A DNA stretch of 64,000 nucleotides from Gemmatimonadales bacterium. GTDB taxonomy: Bacteria; Gemmatimonadota; Gemmatimonadetes; Gemmatimonadales; GWC2-71-9. The DNA lies in contig JBBQFH010000003.1 of NCBI GenBank assembly GCA_038321865.1, positions 1-64,000 of the forward strand. Direction: 5' to 3'. The notes beneath the pieces were generated by a model. That model saw only the letters and a program-made list of their open reading frames with translations, made no database searches and was not told the origin of the DNA. A program made the position numbers and the translations under genes. Below, piece after piece: positions 19,986 to 30,099 of the stretch (position 1 is its first letter; each line of letters begins with the position of its first letter).

Positions 19986-20244
19986 AAGCGGCGCTCACGA
20001 CGTGAGCGGTGTGCTGATGACAGTAACAAGCATGGCCAACCTCGTCTTCAGCATAAACCAATCCTTGGACGGCTGCGCTGATTAGCCGCGAGCGCCGCCG
20101 AAGAGCGCCACGAGATCATCGTGAGCTCGTCGCGAGAGGCCGGCGCCCAGCCGAGCCGCTCCGTGAGGATGTCGGGCCGCCCGTCTCCGAGCCGCCACCG
20201 CATGTGACCGTCTGACCCGTTTGCCGGCACCTGAGCCGCCGCTA

Positions 20245-21348
20245 CTACCGCGCGGTGAGCCGGTAGCTCACGAGGTGCTGCACATCGCCCGCATCCAGAT
20301 AGGCGCCAAGCAGGTAGTCCGTTCCCACCTCGTACACGTCGAGATCGAATGGAAACCGCAGATGAGCCAGACGTGTGCCGTCCGGCCGAATGGCTTCGAT
20401 CTCGGTCGCAGGATCACCTTTGGGGCTGATCACGACCCAGAGAGTACCGGCAGGGCCGGGCAGGATGGTCCGGTAAGCCGGCACGTATTCCGGCATCGGC
20501 GTCGCCATCAGCCGCTTCCTGTTTGCCGCGCGAGCCGCCGCTTCCCGGAGGCTGGATACGATCCTGTCAATCGTGGCATCGTAGTTGGCGGACGTGGGGT
20601 GACGGCGTGGCACATCAAGGGCGAACCCGCCATCAGGCCGGCCGTCCGCAGTAAAACGGTCGACCCGTGCCGAGTCTCCCGTCCCGACGTAGAGTCGGCC
20701 GGGGACCAGGGCGATCGACGTGAGCGCGCCGAGGGGCCGATTGGTTCCGAGGACGACGGGCGCGACGGCACCCAGGCTGTCGCCACTCGTGCTGACCACT
20801 AACACGGCGCCGGAATAGACCGGCGATGCGGTTGATGTGAGGGGCGTAATGGCCAGGACGGCGATCCGTCCCGCCCGATCGCAGCTGATCTGAAGCGGAT
20901 CTCCCGGAAGCCGTGATTGCCGGATGAACGCCCCGGCCGAATCGAGTACGGTCAGGCGGGCATGCATCCGGTCCCAGGCATAGAGCGTATCCGCGCCGCA
21001 CTGCTGGATGGAGACCAGATCCTTGTACTCTCCCGGACCATCGCCCGGTCGGCCGACGACCCGGATTGGTGTCCCACTCGCCGAAAAGAATCTCAGCACC
21101 GAAGATCCACGATCGGCGGCGACTACCTGTCCACCGGAGAGACGGGTCGCCCCGACCAGTTCACCGATTTGGCCGCGCCCCGTGTCGCTTGCCGCCGAGA
21201 CATCCATCACGGGACTTGCCGACACCGCGATTGACCCGGTCGCGCCGGCTTCAAGGTCTGAGCGGCGTGCAGAGCTGTGCTCGGCCGCGCAGGCGCTTCC
21301 GATTACAAGGAGTAAGGGCAGCGCGTGGATCGGGGTCATCGATCGCAT
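20245..21348 (-). CDS. Exported 6-bladed beta-propeller protein
   Basis: Signal/lipobox-like N-terminus, GRPGDGPGEY, repeated beta blades. Confidence 0.8.
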   Translation of the reverse strand: MRSMTPIHALPLLLVIGSACAAEHSSARRSDLEAGATGSIAVSASPVMDVSAASDTGRGQIGELVGATRLSGGQVVAADRGSSVLRFFSASGTPIRVVGRPGDGPGEYKDLVSIQQCGADTLYAWDRMHARLTVLDSAGAFIRQSRLPGDPLQISCDRAGRIAVLAITPLTSTASPVYSGAVLVVSTSGDSLGAVAPVVLGTNRPLGALTSIALVPGRLYVGTGDSARVDRFTADGRPDGGFALDVPRRHPTSANYDATIDRIVSSLREAAARAANRKRLMATPMPEYVPAYRTILPGPAGTLWVVISPKGDPATEIEAIRPDGTRLAHLRFPFDLDVYEVGTDYLLGAYLDAGDVQHLVSYRLTAR

Positions 21349-21620
21349 GGATTCCTATTGTGCGACTAGAAGTCGTTGGGCTGCAGCGATCAATCTGGCG
21401 TCGATTGTCGCCGTCGGATAGCATCCAGGCGCGGGCGCGCCCCTCTTGCGACGGCTCCGCTCATTCCCCCCAGGCGGCGGTTTCAGGTTCTACTTGTCGC
21501 ATTCAGGCGTGGAGGGCAATCTTTCCGAGGACTCGCGGATCTCGGGGCTCCCGAGTGTGTGGCGCGATTGCCGATTTTGACCCCATGGTTCCGCAGCAGG
21601 CAGCTCCCGTTGGAGGGTTC

Positions 21621-21956
21621 ATGCGTACCGTGCGATTGATCATTACGATCGTCAGTCTATCCCTCGGCGGCGTGGCGAGCGCCCGGGCACAGGTGCCCGT
21701 TGCTGGGGTGCATGCCCAGTTTGAGGTTGAGCCGCTGGTTCGCGCGGCACCGGCATGGCCTAAACAGCGGATTGATGTCCAGAGGACGAGCGCAATGCCG
21801 CGCCGATCGGTGACCTGCCGGATGCGGGTGGTGCGTGGGGCATCGCCGGCTGACAGCATGCCCGTCGCCCGTCGCGAGACCAGCATCGCGCAGACGATGC
21901 CGATTGTTCCCGGCACCTGTGATTCGAGTGGGGTCGCGGCCGCGAAGGTTCATTAG
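21621..21956 (+). CDS. Small secreted hypothetical protein
   Basis: GGAGG RBS, signal peptide MRTVRLIITIVSLSLGGVASARA. Confidence 0.6.
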   Translation: MRTVRLIITIVSLSLGGVASARAQVPVAGVHAQFEVEPLVRAAPAWPKQRIDVQRTSAMPRRSVTCRMRVVRGASPADSMPVARRETSIAQTMPIVPGTCDSSGVAAAKVH

Positions 21957-22019
21957 TCAGCAGCGGCGCACTGCATGCACCCGGGCAAGGCGGGCTGGCC
22001 TCAGGGATAGGAGATCTCA

Positions 22020-22583
22020 ATGCGCTTGCTGGGTGCGCTGCTGGCGTGCCTGACCGCATGCACGCCTGGCGGACCGGCCCACTCGCGCGAGGCAGAGCGC
22101 CGAGATTCCGTTCGTGCGGACGCGCTGCATCACGAGGCGGCCGCGCGTGGCGCGGCGCTCATGCGCCAGAAGGATTCCGTGCGGGCCGCGGCCGCCGCGG
22201 CGATCGTCGATTCGCTGGTACGCCTGGAGCCCGATTCCGACGTGGTTCGGGCCATAGCGCGCGGCGATTCGCGCTTTCTCGCCTTCCAGGAACCTGAGCC
22301 CACAGTGCCCGGCGTCCCCACCGACTTCTGGGCATATCCCGGAGCACCGGCCTTGAAGTATCTCGTTCCGCCTTCGGCGGCGGTGGACCGGCGCGGGGAG
22401 GCCACGGCGGCACTGACCGCGTACATGCAGGCATTCAACCGAACGATGGCCCAGCACATTGGACGCATGCCCGGCCGAGCACGGCCGACCACCTGGCAGC
22501 TGATGCCCCTCCCATCAGGCCGCACCAAGTGGAGATCACATTATGCCAGCCGTCGCGACCGATACGGACGATCTGCGGGCTGA
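22020..22583 (+). CDS. Hypothetical lipoprotein (3' end may read through a decayed attC)
   Basis: AGGAG RBS, LLACLTAC lipobox. Confidence 0.55.
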   Translation: MRLLGALLACLTACTPGGPAHSREAERRDSVRADALHHEAAARGAALMRQKDSVRAAAAAAIVDSLVRLEPDSDVVRAIARGDSRFLAFQEPEPTVPGVPTDFWAYPGAPALKYLVPPSAAVDRRGEATAALTAYMQAFNRTMAQHIGRMPGRARPTTWQLMPLPSGRTKWRSHYASRRDRYGRSAG

Positions 22584-23151
22584 CGCCGCCCGCCTCGCCT
22601 TCGCACTGATCCGTTTCGAGGGGCTGGCCGCGCACCTCTCGCGAGCGAGCACGCCGCCTGGACTCCCGCGGATCGGTACCGACGCCTACACGTTCATACC
22701 TTCCTGGAGGGCCGTTCCCGGGGACCAGGTCGAGGCATTTCTCGTGGGCCTGCCGTCCCCTGCGCTCCTGGCCCCCACGACGACCCGCGGCTCGATCGCG
22801 CTGCAATTGCTGCACGAGCTGAGCGGGGACCGGCGACGGTGGGCCGAGAAGACGTTCAGCAATTACGCCACGGGGCTGGAGGAGATGGCTCGGCAGCTCG
22901 AATTGTCACCCCAATCGCGGATCCTCGTCGAGTTCGACGACGAGTCGCATGTATTCTCGTTCGCCGCCGTGCGCGAATGCAGCCAGCAGTTCGCCGTCCA
23001 TGTGGGCTGGAATCTCGGGGCTCTGCCGGATGATTCGCGTGCCGACGCGGTCATGGGTCTGTTGCGGGGCGACGGACGGTGGTACAAGGGGCGGTCCTGC
23101 TGGGTCCCTCGCGCTGCGCCTTCGCATGAGCCTGAGGCTGGAACTCCCTGA
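22543..23151 (+). CDS. Hypothetical protein
   Basis: GGAG RBS, 202 aa ORF. Confidence 0.6.
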   Translation: MPAVATDTDDLRADAARLAFALIRFEGLAAHLSRASTPPGLPRIGTDAYTFIPSWRAVPGDQVEAFLVGLPSPALLAPTTTRGSIALQLLHELSGDRRRWAEKTFSNYATGLEEMARQLELSPQSRILVEFDDESHVFSFAAVRECSQQFAVHVGWNLGALPDDSRADAVMGLLRGDGRWYKGRSCWVPRAAPSHEPEAGTP

Positions 23152-23246
23152 CGTGCCTTGCAGCTGACACGTGTGGGTGCCGGCTGGCTTAAGTACAGAT
23201 TTCCCTCCGCGTAACCCACTGGCCTGACAGTACTTGTGAGGAGGCC

Positions 23247-23287
23247 TGTCGCAAATAGGGCCCTAGTTGTCGCAAATAGGGCCTAGT
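23247..23287 (+). promoter_or_regulatory. Tandem direct repeat with 21-bp period, probable regulator-binding site
   Basis: TGTCGCAAATAGGGCCCTAGT / TGTCGCAAATAGGGCC-TAGT, 130 bp upstream of 23417. Confidence 0.5.
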
Positions 23288-23416
23288 TTCGCTGATCCTC
23301 ATGTCCTATGATCGCGCGTACTCCTAAAAACGGCTGTGGCCATCCGATCGAAGCGATCATAGTCGTGCGACAGCTCGAGCGTGGCAGGCTAGCCTCTCTC
23401 ACGAGTGAGGTACACG

Positions 23417-23956
23417 ATGCGTAACAGACTGACCGCCCTTGCGGCTCTGGTCGCGCTGTGCGGAACGCTAGGGGCAGCGTCTCCGCGATCCAACGACACT
23501 TACGCTGTGCCGACGCCCAGAGGAAGCGCGCCGGCTGCGCTGTCAGCAGCGCTCCAACCCACCAACTGTTTCTACTGTATGATCTGTCAGGAGAATACCG
23601 GGCATAGCACGCCGGGAGCGCAGGTCGATGGCGTCCAGTACGGCCATACATGTTTCGCGGGGTATACGACGTGCGGTGCGTCCGACCACCCGGCCTGTAG
23701 TTGGTCGCAGGGAGTAGCGGCCCCGGCCCGCGTCGCGGAATACATGGCGCTCGCCTCCGCAGCCGGTCGCGGAAGTACCGCGGCGATCGGCAGCCTCCTG
23801 AAGGACTTTCCCGAACGAGCCTCATACAACGCCGGCCGACAAGCGTTGCAGCTCGCAGGCTGCACGCCCGATAGTCGTGTCGGCAACATCCCGCTAAGCG
23901 TGCGTCAAGTTGCGACACTTGCCCTGACGCCCGACACGAAGCTGGCCGCGCGATAA
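23417..23956 (+). CDS. Secreted Cys/His-rich protein (paralog 1)
   Basis: GAGG RBS, signal peptide, NCFYCMIC...H...HTC...C...HPAC...GC. Confidence 0.8.
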   Translation: MRNRLTALAALVALCGTLGAASPRSNDTYAVPTPRGSAPAALSAALQPTNCFYCMICQENTGHSTPGAQVDGVQYGHTCFAGYTTCGASDHPACSWSQGVAAPARVAEYMALASAAGRGSTAAIGSLLKDFPERASYNAGRQALQLAGCTPDSRVGNIPLSVRQVATLALTPDTKLAAR

Positions 23957-24056
23957 CGTAGCTGGCTAGCCTGCCACGCGACCGGCCGGTGCAGATCGGG
24001 GGCGGATCGACCACCAAGGAATCTTTTCTTCTATTGCGGGCGCTCGGCTCGGGAAG

Positions 24057-25193
24057 GTGTCTGTGATTAGCCATCGTGCTCGGAGAGGTCGGCCCATCTC
24101 GCTCGCAGTACTCGGCGCGATCCAGTTGATCAGCAGTGCCTCCTCGCTGTTACCTCAACAAGTCTCCGCCCCATCGAACCGTGCCACGTGTGCGACTTGC
24201 CGAATCGTGGTGACGCAGCTCGCAGAACTTGGCGACGCCGACGGACCAGGCGCCTTGTACAGCCGGCCCACATCGATCGTTCGCGATTCACGCGGCCGGT
24301 TCTTCGTCATCGCTCCGGAAGGCGGCCCCTCGCTCCCACAGGTCTTCGGGCAGGATGGACGTTTCATCGCTGCCCTCGGGCGCCTCGGCCAAGGGCCGGG
24401 GGAATACACGCAACCCTACGCGATTGCTCTCAGTGCTGGGGATACTATTCACGTCTTCGACTTGGGATCCCGACGCCACAGCATCCTTGGGCCCGATCTC
24501 AAGTTTGTACGAAGCCAACCGCTGCCCGGCGTGGTGAAGGCCGCTATCGCAGTGCCCGGCGGTGGCTTCATCGTCGCGGCGGATGTCGGCACCCCCGCGG
24601 CAGTCGGTTTCCCGCTGCACCGGTTGAATGATCACGACGTCGTGGTCGCATCATTCGGACCTGATTCGCTATTCCCCGGGCAGGATTTGGCCCGTGCTAG
24701 CCGCCAACTGTCTGCCGCCCGCGATGGCGGCCTGTGGTCGGCCCGGCTGGCGCATCGATACGAAATCGAGCGATGGTCGTTCGATGGAAAGCTTGCGAAG
24801 CGAATCACTCCGAAGGTGGCATGGTTTCGCCCGTACGAAGCCAGCTGGGCCCCGACCCCTACGCGGGCACCGGCGTCGATCGTCAAGGCAGTATGGGAGG
24901 ATGCCGCGCACAACCTTTGGGTACTTGGCTTGACCGCCGATCCCAAATGGCGCCAAGGGCTAGAGCGAGGTGTACGGCGTGAAGGAATGATGACGTATGG
25001 TTGGGCCGATAAGTCGCTGATCTTCGACTCCATCCTCGAAGTGCGAGACGGCGCTACTGGTGCGCTCCTTGCCTCGCGTCGCATGCCCGAGTTTATGGAA
25101 TTGGGCGTCGGCAACGGCGTCGTGGCGGGCTCCATCGAACGTGAGGATGGTCGAATGGTGACCCGGGTGTGGCAGGTCAGGCTCTCTCACTAG
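24057..25193 (+). CDS. Exported 6-bladed beta-propeller protein
   Basis: Signal peptide, CATC, GRLGQGPGEY, NHL-like blades. Confidence 0.8.
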   Translation: MSVISHRARRGRPISLAVLGAIQLISSASSLLPQQVSAPSNRATCATCRIVVTQLAELGDADGPGALYSRPTSIVRDSRGRFFVIAPEGGPSLPQVFGQDGRFIAALGRLGQGPGEYTQPYAIALSAGDTIHVFDLGSRRHSILGPDLKFVRSQPLPGVVKAAIAVPGGGFIVAADVGTPAAVGFPLHRLNDHDVVVASFGPDSLFPGQDLARASRQLSAARDGGLWSARLAHRYEIERWSFDGKLAKRITPKVAWFRPYEASWAPTPTRAPASIVKAVWEDAAHNLWVLGLTADPKWRQGLERGVRREGMMTYGWADKSLIFDSILEVRDGATGALLASRRMPEFMELGVGNGVVAGSIEREDGRMVTRVWQVRLSH

Positions 25194-25204
25194 GGAGGTG
25201 CACT

Positions 25205-25747
25205 ATGTACAGCTCTCAACTTCGGCGACTCGGTGTCCTCATAGTCGGGTTGGCCACGAGCGGACTCGTTGGCGCCGCGGCGCCGGCGGATCGGGGCGTG
25301 CCAGCTCGGCCGGTATTTGCCTCCACGCGGCTCGCAATCGTTGCGCCGGAGCCGAATAACTGCTTCTACTGTATGATGTGCTCGGAGAGCGCAGGGCATA
25401 TGACACCGCAGGGTGCCATGGATGGTGTGCAGGGTGGTCACGCGTGCTTTGTTGGGACCATCTATTGCGCGTGGCAGGAGCATCCCTCATGCTCACTGCA
25501 GGGGACGGCACTCCCCACTCGAATCGAAGAGTACATGACGCTGGCGGCCGCTGCTGGGAGGGGGAGCACGACCGCAGTCGCGAAACTGCTGCTGGAATAC
25601 GCCGACCAGGTCACTTTCAATGCGGAGCGCCAGTCGCTTCAACTCGTCGGCTGCACGCCGGAAACGCGCAACGGGAACATTCCGCTGAACGTGCGGCAGG
25701 TCGCCATGCTGAAGCTCAACGGCAGCGTCCAGCTCGCCTCAAAGTAG
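25205..25747 (+). CDS. Secreted Cys/His-rich protein (paralog 2)
   Basis: GGAGG RBS, signal peptide, NCFYCMMC...H...HAC...C...HPSC...GC; aligns with 23417 almost without gaps. Confidence 0.8.
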   Translation: MYSSQLRRLGVLIVGLATSGLVGAAAPADRGVPARPVFASTRLAIVAPEPNNCFYCMMCSESAGHMTPQGAMDGVQGGHACFVGTIYCAWQEHPSCSLQGTALPTRIEEYMTLAAAAGRGSTTAVAKLLLEYADQVTFNAERQSLQLVGCTPETRNGNIPLNVRQVAMLKLNGSVQLASK

Positions 25748-25785
25748 ATCACGTTGTTGGCATCCGGCCGACGGGTGCCCCCATT

Positions 25786-26352
25786 GTGACGGGCGCGCGT
25801 TCCGGACTTGTGACAGCGGCGTACCGTGCCAGGCTGGAGCCCGTCGCGGATGCGGCGGGCTTCTTACCCTTCTTGGGAGGCTGCGACACCATCGACGCCG
25901 ACACGCTGTTTCGCTCGCACGCAAGGGCCGTTCACGCTATTGGCCGTCGGTATTGCCGCAATGCATCCGACGCCGACGAGGTGGTGCAGGACACCTTCCT
26001 TGAAGTGTGGCGGAGCCGTCACCAGTTCTCTGGATCTGGGCCGATCAGTGCGTGGATCCATGCAATCGCGACCAGTAAGGCGCTGATGCTGCGGCGCCGG
26101 GAGCAGGTGCGGGCAACCTGGCCACTGTTCGATGGGGATGCCCAAGCCCTAGACGAGCCGTTGGAACTGCGTGTTGACCTGAGCGCGGCGCTGGAGCGCC
26201 TGGATGGGCTGTCGCGGCGCGTCACCTGGCTGCACGATGTCGAAGGCTGGAGGCACCACGAGATCGGGGCAGCGGCCGGTATCACGGTGACGTGCTCGAA
26301 GAGCAGACTTCGGCGGGCGCGACGCACGCTGCGGCGGTATTTCCTGGGATGA
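25786..26352 (+). CDS. ECF-family sigma-70 factor
   Basis: DADEVVQDTFLEVW, AWIHAIA (region 2); LHDVEGWRHHEIG...KSRLRRAR (region 4); start uncertain. Confidence 0.85.
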   Translation: MTGARSGLVTAAYRARLEPVADAAGFLPFLGGCDTIDADTLFRSHARAVHAIGRRYCRNASDADEVVQDTFLEVWRSRHQFSGSGPISAWIHAIATSKALMLRRREQVRATWPLFDGDAQALDEPLELRVDLSAALERLDGLSRRVTWLHDVEGWRHHEIGAAAGITVTCSKSRLRRARRTLRRYFLG

Positions 26353-26599
26353 CACGCAACCGTTAGGGAGCGCTCAAGGCTCGCCCAGGAGGAAAGGATC
26401 GACTAATGATCATTCGGGCGACAGCACCGGCGAAGCCGCGATCTCGCCCCGTGTACGGGTGGTAGAGCGATTCATCGGCGGGCTCGCAGCGATGCCGCCA
26501 ACAATAATCGAGATTTCTGATTCCGGGTTGACCCCTTCGTGGGAGTCTGAGTGGCGCGGAAAGCGATTCCGCGGAACTCACTTTGCCGTTGGTCGTGAC

Positions 26600-27171
26600 C
26601 GTACGCATAGAATTATTGTGGCGCTCATCGCGGGCTTCGCTTCCAGTGGGCCTGCTCGCCGCCACCACAGCCCGTCCCGGGGGATGCTGGCACCGCAACT
26701 TGCCGCGCGAGCGACGTGACGACCGTCATGATTCTGAGCGCGTTGAAGGGGGCCGCGAGTGCCAGTGACTCCTCCTCGGCACAATCGCGGCGGAGCGTTC
26801 ACCTGCCCGCCGTGAGCGCTGACAGTGTGTATGAGATAAGGAGCGACAGCGTCTGCGCACAAGCTGCGTCAAGCATGGATTCGCTCGCCTCACCGAGACA
26901 GCATGCTGCGGTGACACTCATCAAGGCAGGCTCCGTCTTCGTCGCGTTCGATCCGACCGATCGGGCCGGCGAGTACCTGAAGCTGTACATACTGGACAGC
27001 AGGTTTCGATACCTCAGCGGCGTACTGGAGCAGCTGCCAGCGAAGCGATGTCCTCCTCAATGCCGAGTGTCGTCGGCGTCCCGAATCAGGCACACCCAGC
27101 GCCGCCGGCACCCGCCCACTTTTCCACATGCCCGCCTCGTGGCCGTTCCATCCGCCGTCTCGCGCCGGTGA
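26600..27171 (+). pseudogene. Probable degraded secreted-protein gene
   Basis: Signal-like RIIVALIAGFAS in one frame, globular-looking LPAVSADSV...CAQA...FDPTDRAGE...LDSRFRYL in another; boundaries approximate. Confidence 0.35.
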
Positions 27172-27770
27172 ATATTTGGTGGGCCGCCCACTTCGCGGCG
27201 CCGAAGACGCTCGCGGTTCAGGGTGACGTGCCGTTGGCCCTGTCGCACGGCTCGTCCACCGCGCCGTCCGCGTCGCCCATCCATGGTTTCGCGTTCATCC
27301 TCGACTGGGCCCACACGATCCCGCCTATGACGCGCCCCTGATTCCACCGCAGCGTCGAACGGCGCTCTGTGCGCACACGTATTTTATTGTCCGGACGCAA
27401 CTTCCGCCATCGCCCGTCGCACTGATCCGCCGCTGTGTTGATTCCCCGCAGGTACGCGTCCACCCGCCGTCGGACCGCCTTCGTCTTCACAACTTCCGTC
27501 TCGTCATCCGCGCGGCCGCATCGCCCGCCGGCGATGACGCGTCGGTCGCTGATCGGACGCGTTCATCGTCCAGCGGCCGCGTTTGTCTCCACTGATTGCG
27601 CCAGAATATTTCCGTCGCCGCGCGCGCCGCCGCACATCTGTGGAAAAAAATCTGGCACGTCTATCGCATCTCGGGGGTTCGGGCCGGCGAGAATGCCGGG
27701 AGCCGACCCGCTCATTCATCTACCGGTTCGATGTCCCGGCCGTCAACCGGCCAACGTACTGGAGGGATGT

Positions 27771-28466
27771 ATGTCAGGGAGAACTCGCAGGATCCTGGAA
27801 ATGGCCCGCCGCGCGCTCGCGTTCGTCGTCGCGCACCCGGACCAGAGCGCTGGCTTCACCACCGCCACCGCGCAGCTCGCCGAAGCACTCGCCAGCGCCG
27901 GCGCGCTGTCGGACCAGCAGTACAACGGCATCCGCGGCGTCCGGAGCGCCACGGCCGAGAAGATGAACCTCCGGCGGAAGATCCGGTCGCCGCAGCTGGA
28001 ACACCTGGCCAGCGTCGCCCGGCTCGCCACGCGGGAAGTGCCGGAAATCGACCGGAAGTTCGTCCTGGTCCGGTCGGGCGCCCCGAACCTGGCCTTCCGC
28101 ACCGCCGCCCGGGCGATGCTGACCGCGGGGCAGGCGGAGAAGGACGTGCTGCTGAAGCACGGGTTGAACGAGTCGGTGTTCGCCGGACTGCAGGCGTTGC
28201 TCGACCAGTTCGACGCCGCCACCGAGAAGAGCGACGAAGCCCGCCGCTCGCACGTGGGCGCCAGTCTCGCGCTGAACGGGGTGGGCCACGAGCTGCTCCA
28301 GATCGTGGCGGTCCTGGACAGCATGAACCGGCTTCGTTTCGAGGACAACGCGGAGAAGCTGGCGGAGTGGAAGCAGGCCAGCAGCGTACAGAGCACCTCC
28401 CGGACGGCGCCCGAGGTTGCGCGGGAGGCCACGCCCGCCGCTGCAGCGGCGACGCCCGTCACATGA
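27771..28466 (+). CDS. Hypothetical helical protein
   Basis: GGAGG RBS, host-like GC-rich codon usage. Confidence 0.8.
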   Translation: MSGRTRRILEMARRALAFVVAHPDQSAGFTTATAQLAEALASAGALSDQQYNGIRGVRSATAEKMNLRRKIRSPQLEHLASVARLATREVPEIDRKFVLVRSGAPNLAFRTAARAMLTAGQAEKDVLLKHGLNESVFAGLQALLDQFDAATEKSDEARRSHVGASLALNGVGHELLQIVAVLDSMNRLRFEDNAEKLAEWKQASSVQSTSRTAPEVAREATPAAAAATPVT

Positions 28467-28619
28467 ACGCGAGGTGAACAGGAGAGTTTCTGATGTCAGA
28501 TGACGAAGGACAGTAAGCCGCCGCCGAGTTGGAACATCGGCGGCGGTTGTCGTTTGGGCGACGGGGCAATATCGCGTTGCAGGCCCGCGTCCAGACGCAT
28601 TGTTCGAATCGCGAAGGTG

Positions 28620-29291
28620 TCATTCCAGCTGCGGTGCCGTTCGCACCCCACGCACGATCAACCAGACTCCAAGCACGATCTCGAACACGCCCGTCGGCGC
28701 CCAGATGAGCATCGACGGGGCGTTGCCGCTCAAAAACTGCAGTGAGAAAGCGCCGATCAGCAGCAACGACGCGAGGACGCCGAGCCACGCGAGTGCCGCG
28801 GGAACGAGCCGGCCGCGCAGCATCAGCCATGTAAAGAGCGTGCTCCCGACCGCGAAGAAGGTGGCGGCGACGGTGACGTTCCACGTCTTGAGCTGCAGCA
28901 GCAGGCCGGCAATCACGGTGGCCTCGGGCGTGGCGCTCATCGCGCTGCCGCCCCTCGCGAACCAGAGCAGCCCGAGTGTGGCCATCAGCGGCACCATGAT
29001 CGAGAGGCCCTCGCCCACGCGACAGATCAGCGCAAGCAGGGCAATGTCAGGGTCCTCGTCGCGCGTGAGGCCATGGAGTGCGACACCCAATGTCAGCGCG
29101 ATGAAGGCCGTAACCAGACCCAGGAACATGTTGAGCCGCACCAGCCCCTCGTGCGATGCGATGACGGTGAGTCGTTCAGCGGTGCCGGTTACGTTGGGCA
29201 TACCGCGCGCAAGCAACAGCGCGGTGACACCGAGCACGATGTAGAGCAGAAAGGCGTAGCCCGCGACTCGGGCGTTGGTGCGTGTCGTCAT
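28620..29291 (-). CDS. DUF4386-like membrane protein
   Basis: NARVAGYAFLLY...RLVPAALAWLG...FEIVLGVWLIVRG. Confidence 0.8.
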   Translation of the reverse strand: MTTRTNARVAGYAFLLYIVLGVTALLLARGMPNVTGTAERLTVIASHEGLVRLNMFLGLVTAFIALTLGVALHGLTRDEDPDIALLALICRVGEGLSIMVPLMATLGLLWFARGGSAMSATPEATVIAGLLLQLKTWNVTVAATFFAVGSTLFTWLMLRGRLVPAALAWLGVLASLLLIGAFSLQFLSGNAPSMLIWAPTGVFEIVLGVWLIVRGVRTAPQLE

Positions 29292-29968
29292 GTCATCGTC
29301 TCCTCGGTGAGGGTTATCCCGCGCAGCGGCGTGCGCGATCGCAACCGCCATAGCCAGTACAACATCACGATAATGATCAGGACGACCGGAACGGCGAGGG
29401 TCGTTGGCGAGATCAGCACGTCGGGCAGCACCTTCTCGACTCGACGGCGCGGGCCCAGGAAGAACGACGCCGTCGCAATCCAGAGCGCCATGCAGGCGCG
29501 CCAGACATGCCGACGGAGGCGGGGCGCGCCGCGGAGTACGGCACCGCGCAGGATCCGGACGTCGCCGCGCAAGCCGAGCAAGGCGGCCGAGGCGAAGAGC
29601 AGGTAGCCGACCATGGCAGCCGTGTGATCAAGCGATTGCGCTGCACACGCGAGGCTGATGATCGCCACCGCGGCAGCCGCGCCCATCGCCAGCACGAGTG
29701 TCCTGTTCCATCCCACAGTCGTGGGCCGCACCGTGATCAGCGCGGTACTCACGAGATAGGTGGCGAGCAGCCCTCCGAGGACGCTCGCAATGGCGCCCTT
29801 CCAGACCGCGATCGCCGTCCCCGTGAAGGTCAGCACCAGCATCGCTGCGACAAATGCGAGCCCGCCGCTGCGATGCAGCGAACCGCCCTTGGGCGAGAAG
29901 AGCACGGTGAATCCGACCACGATCGCGAGCGCGCCCGCGAGCATGTGGACGAAATAGGGGCCTGGCAC
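29288..29968 (-). CDS. DUF2306-like membrane protein
   Basis: HMLAG...KGGSLHRSGG...RLRRHVWR. Confidence 0.75.
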   Translation of the reverse strand: MPGPYFVHMLAGALAIVVGFTVLFSPKGGSLHRSGGLAFVAAMLVLTFTGTAIAVWKGAIASVLGGLLATYLVSTALITVRPTTVGWNRTLVLAMGAAAAVAIISLACAAQSLDHTAAMVGYLLFASAALLGLRGDVRILRGAVLRGAPRLRRHVWRACMALWIATASFFLGPRRRVEKVLPDVLISPTTLAVPVVLIIIVMLYWLWRLRSRTPLRGITLTEETMT

Positions 29969-30041
29969 GGGTGCCTCCGAACGAAGTCGAGGGGCAGGTC
30001 AACAGCGTCGTCAGTCGACGACCGATAAAAGGCAAACGTAT

Positions 30042-30057
30042 AACTAAGTAAATAGTT
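30042..30057. promoter_or_regulatory. Palindromic operator candidate (AACTA-N6-TAGTT)
   Basis: Inverted repeat in an AT-rich patch between the BlaI-like gene and the DUF2306-like gene. Confidence 0.45.
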
Positions 30058-30099
30058 TCACGAGGCTGGACGCTGCCTCTGGCCTTGGTCGGCTGCCCA

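Noticed and set aside
23417..25747. RiPP precursors or c-type cytochromes
   Set aside because: Proteins are ~180 aa with Sec signal peptides, no radical SAM or other maturase is nearby, and there is no CxxCH motif.
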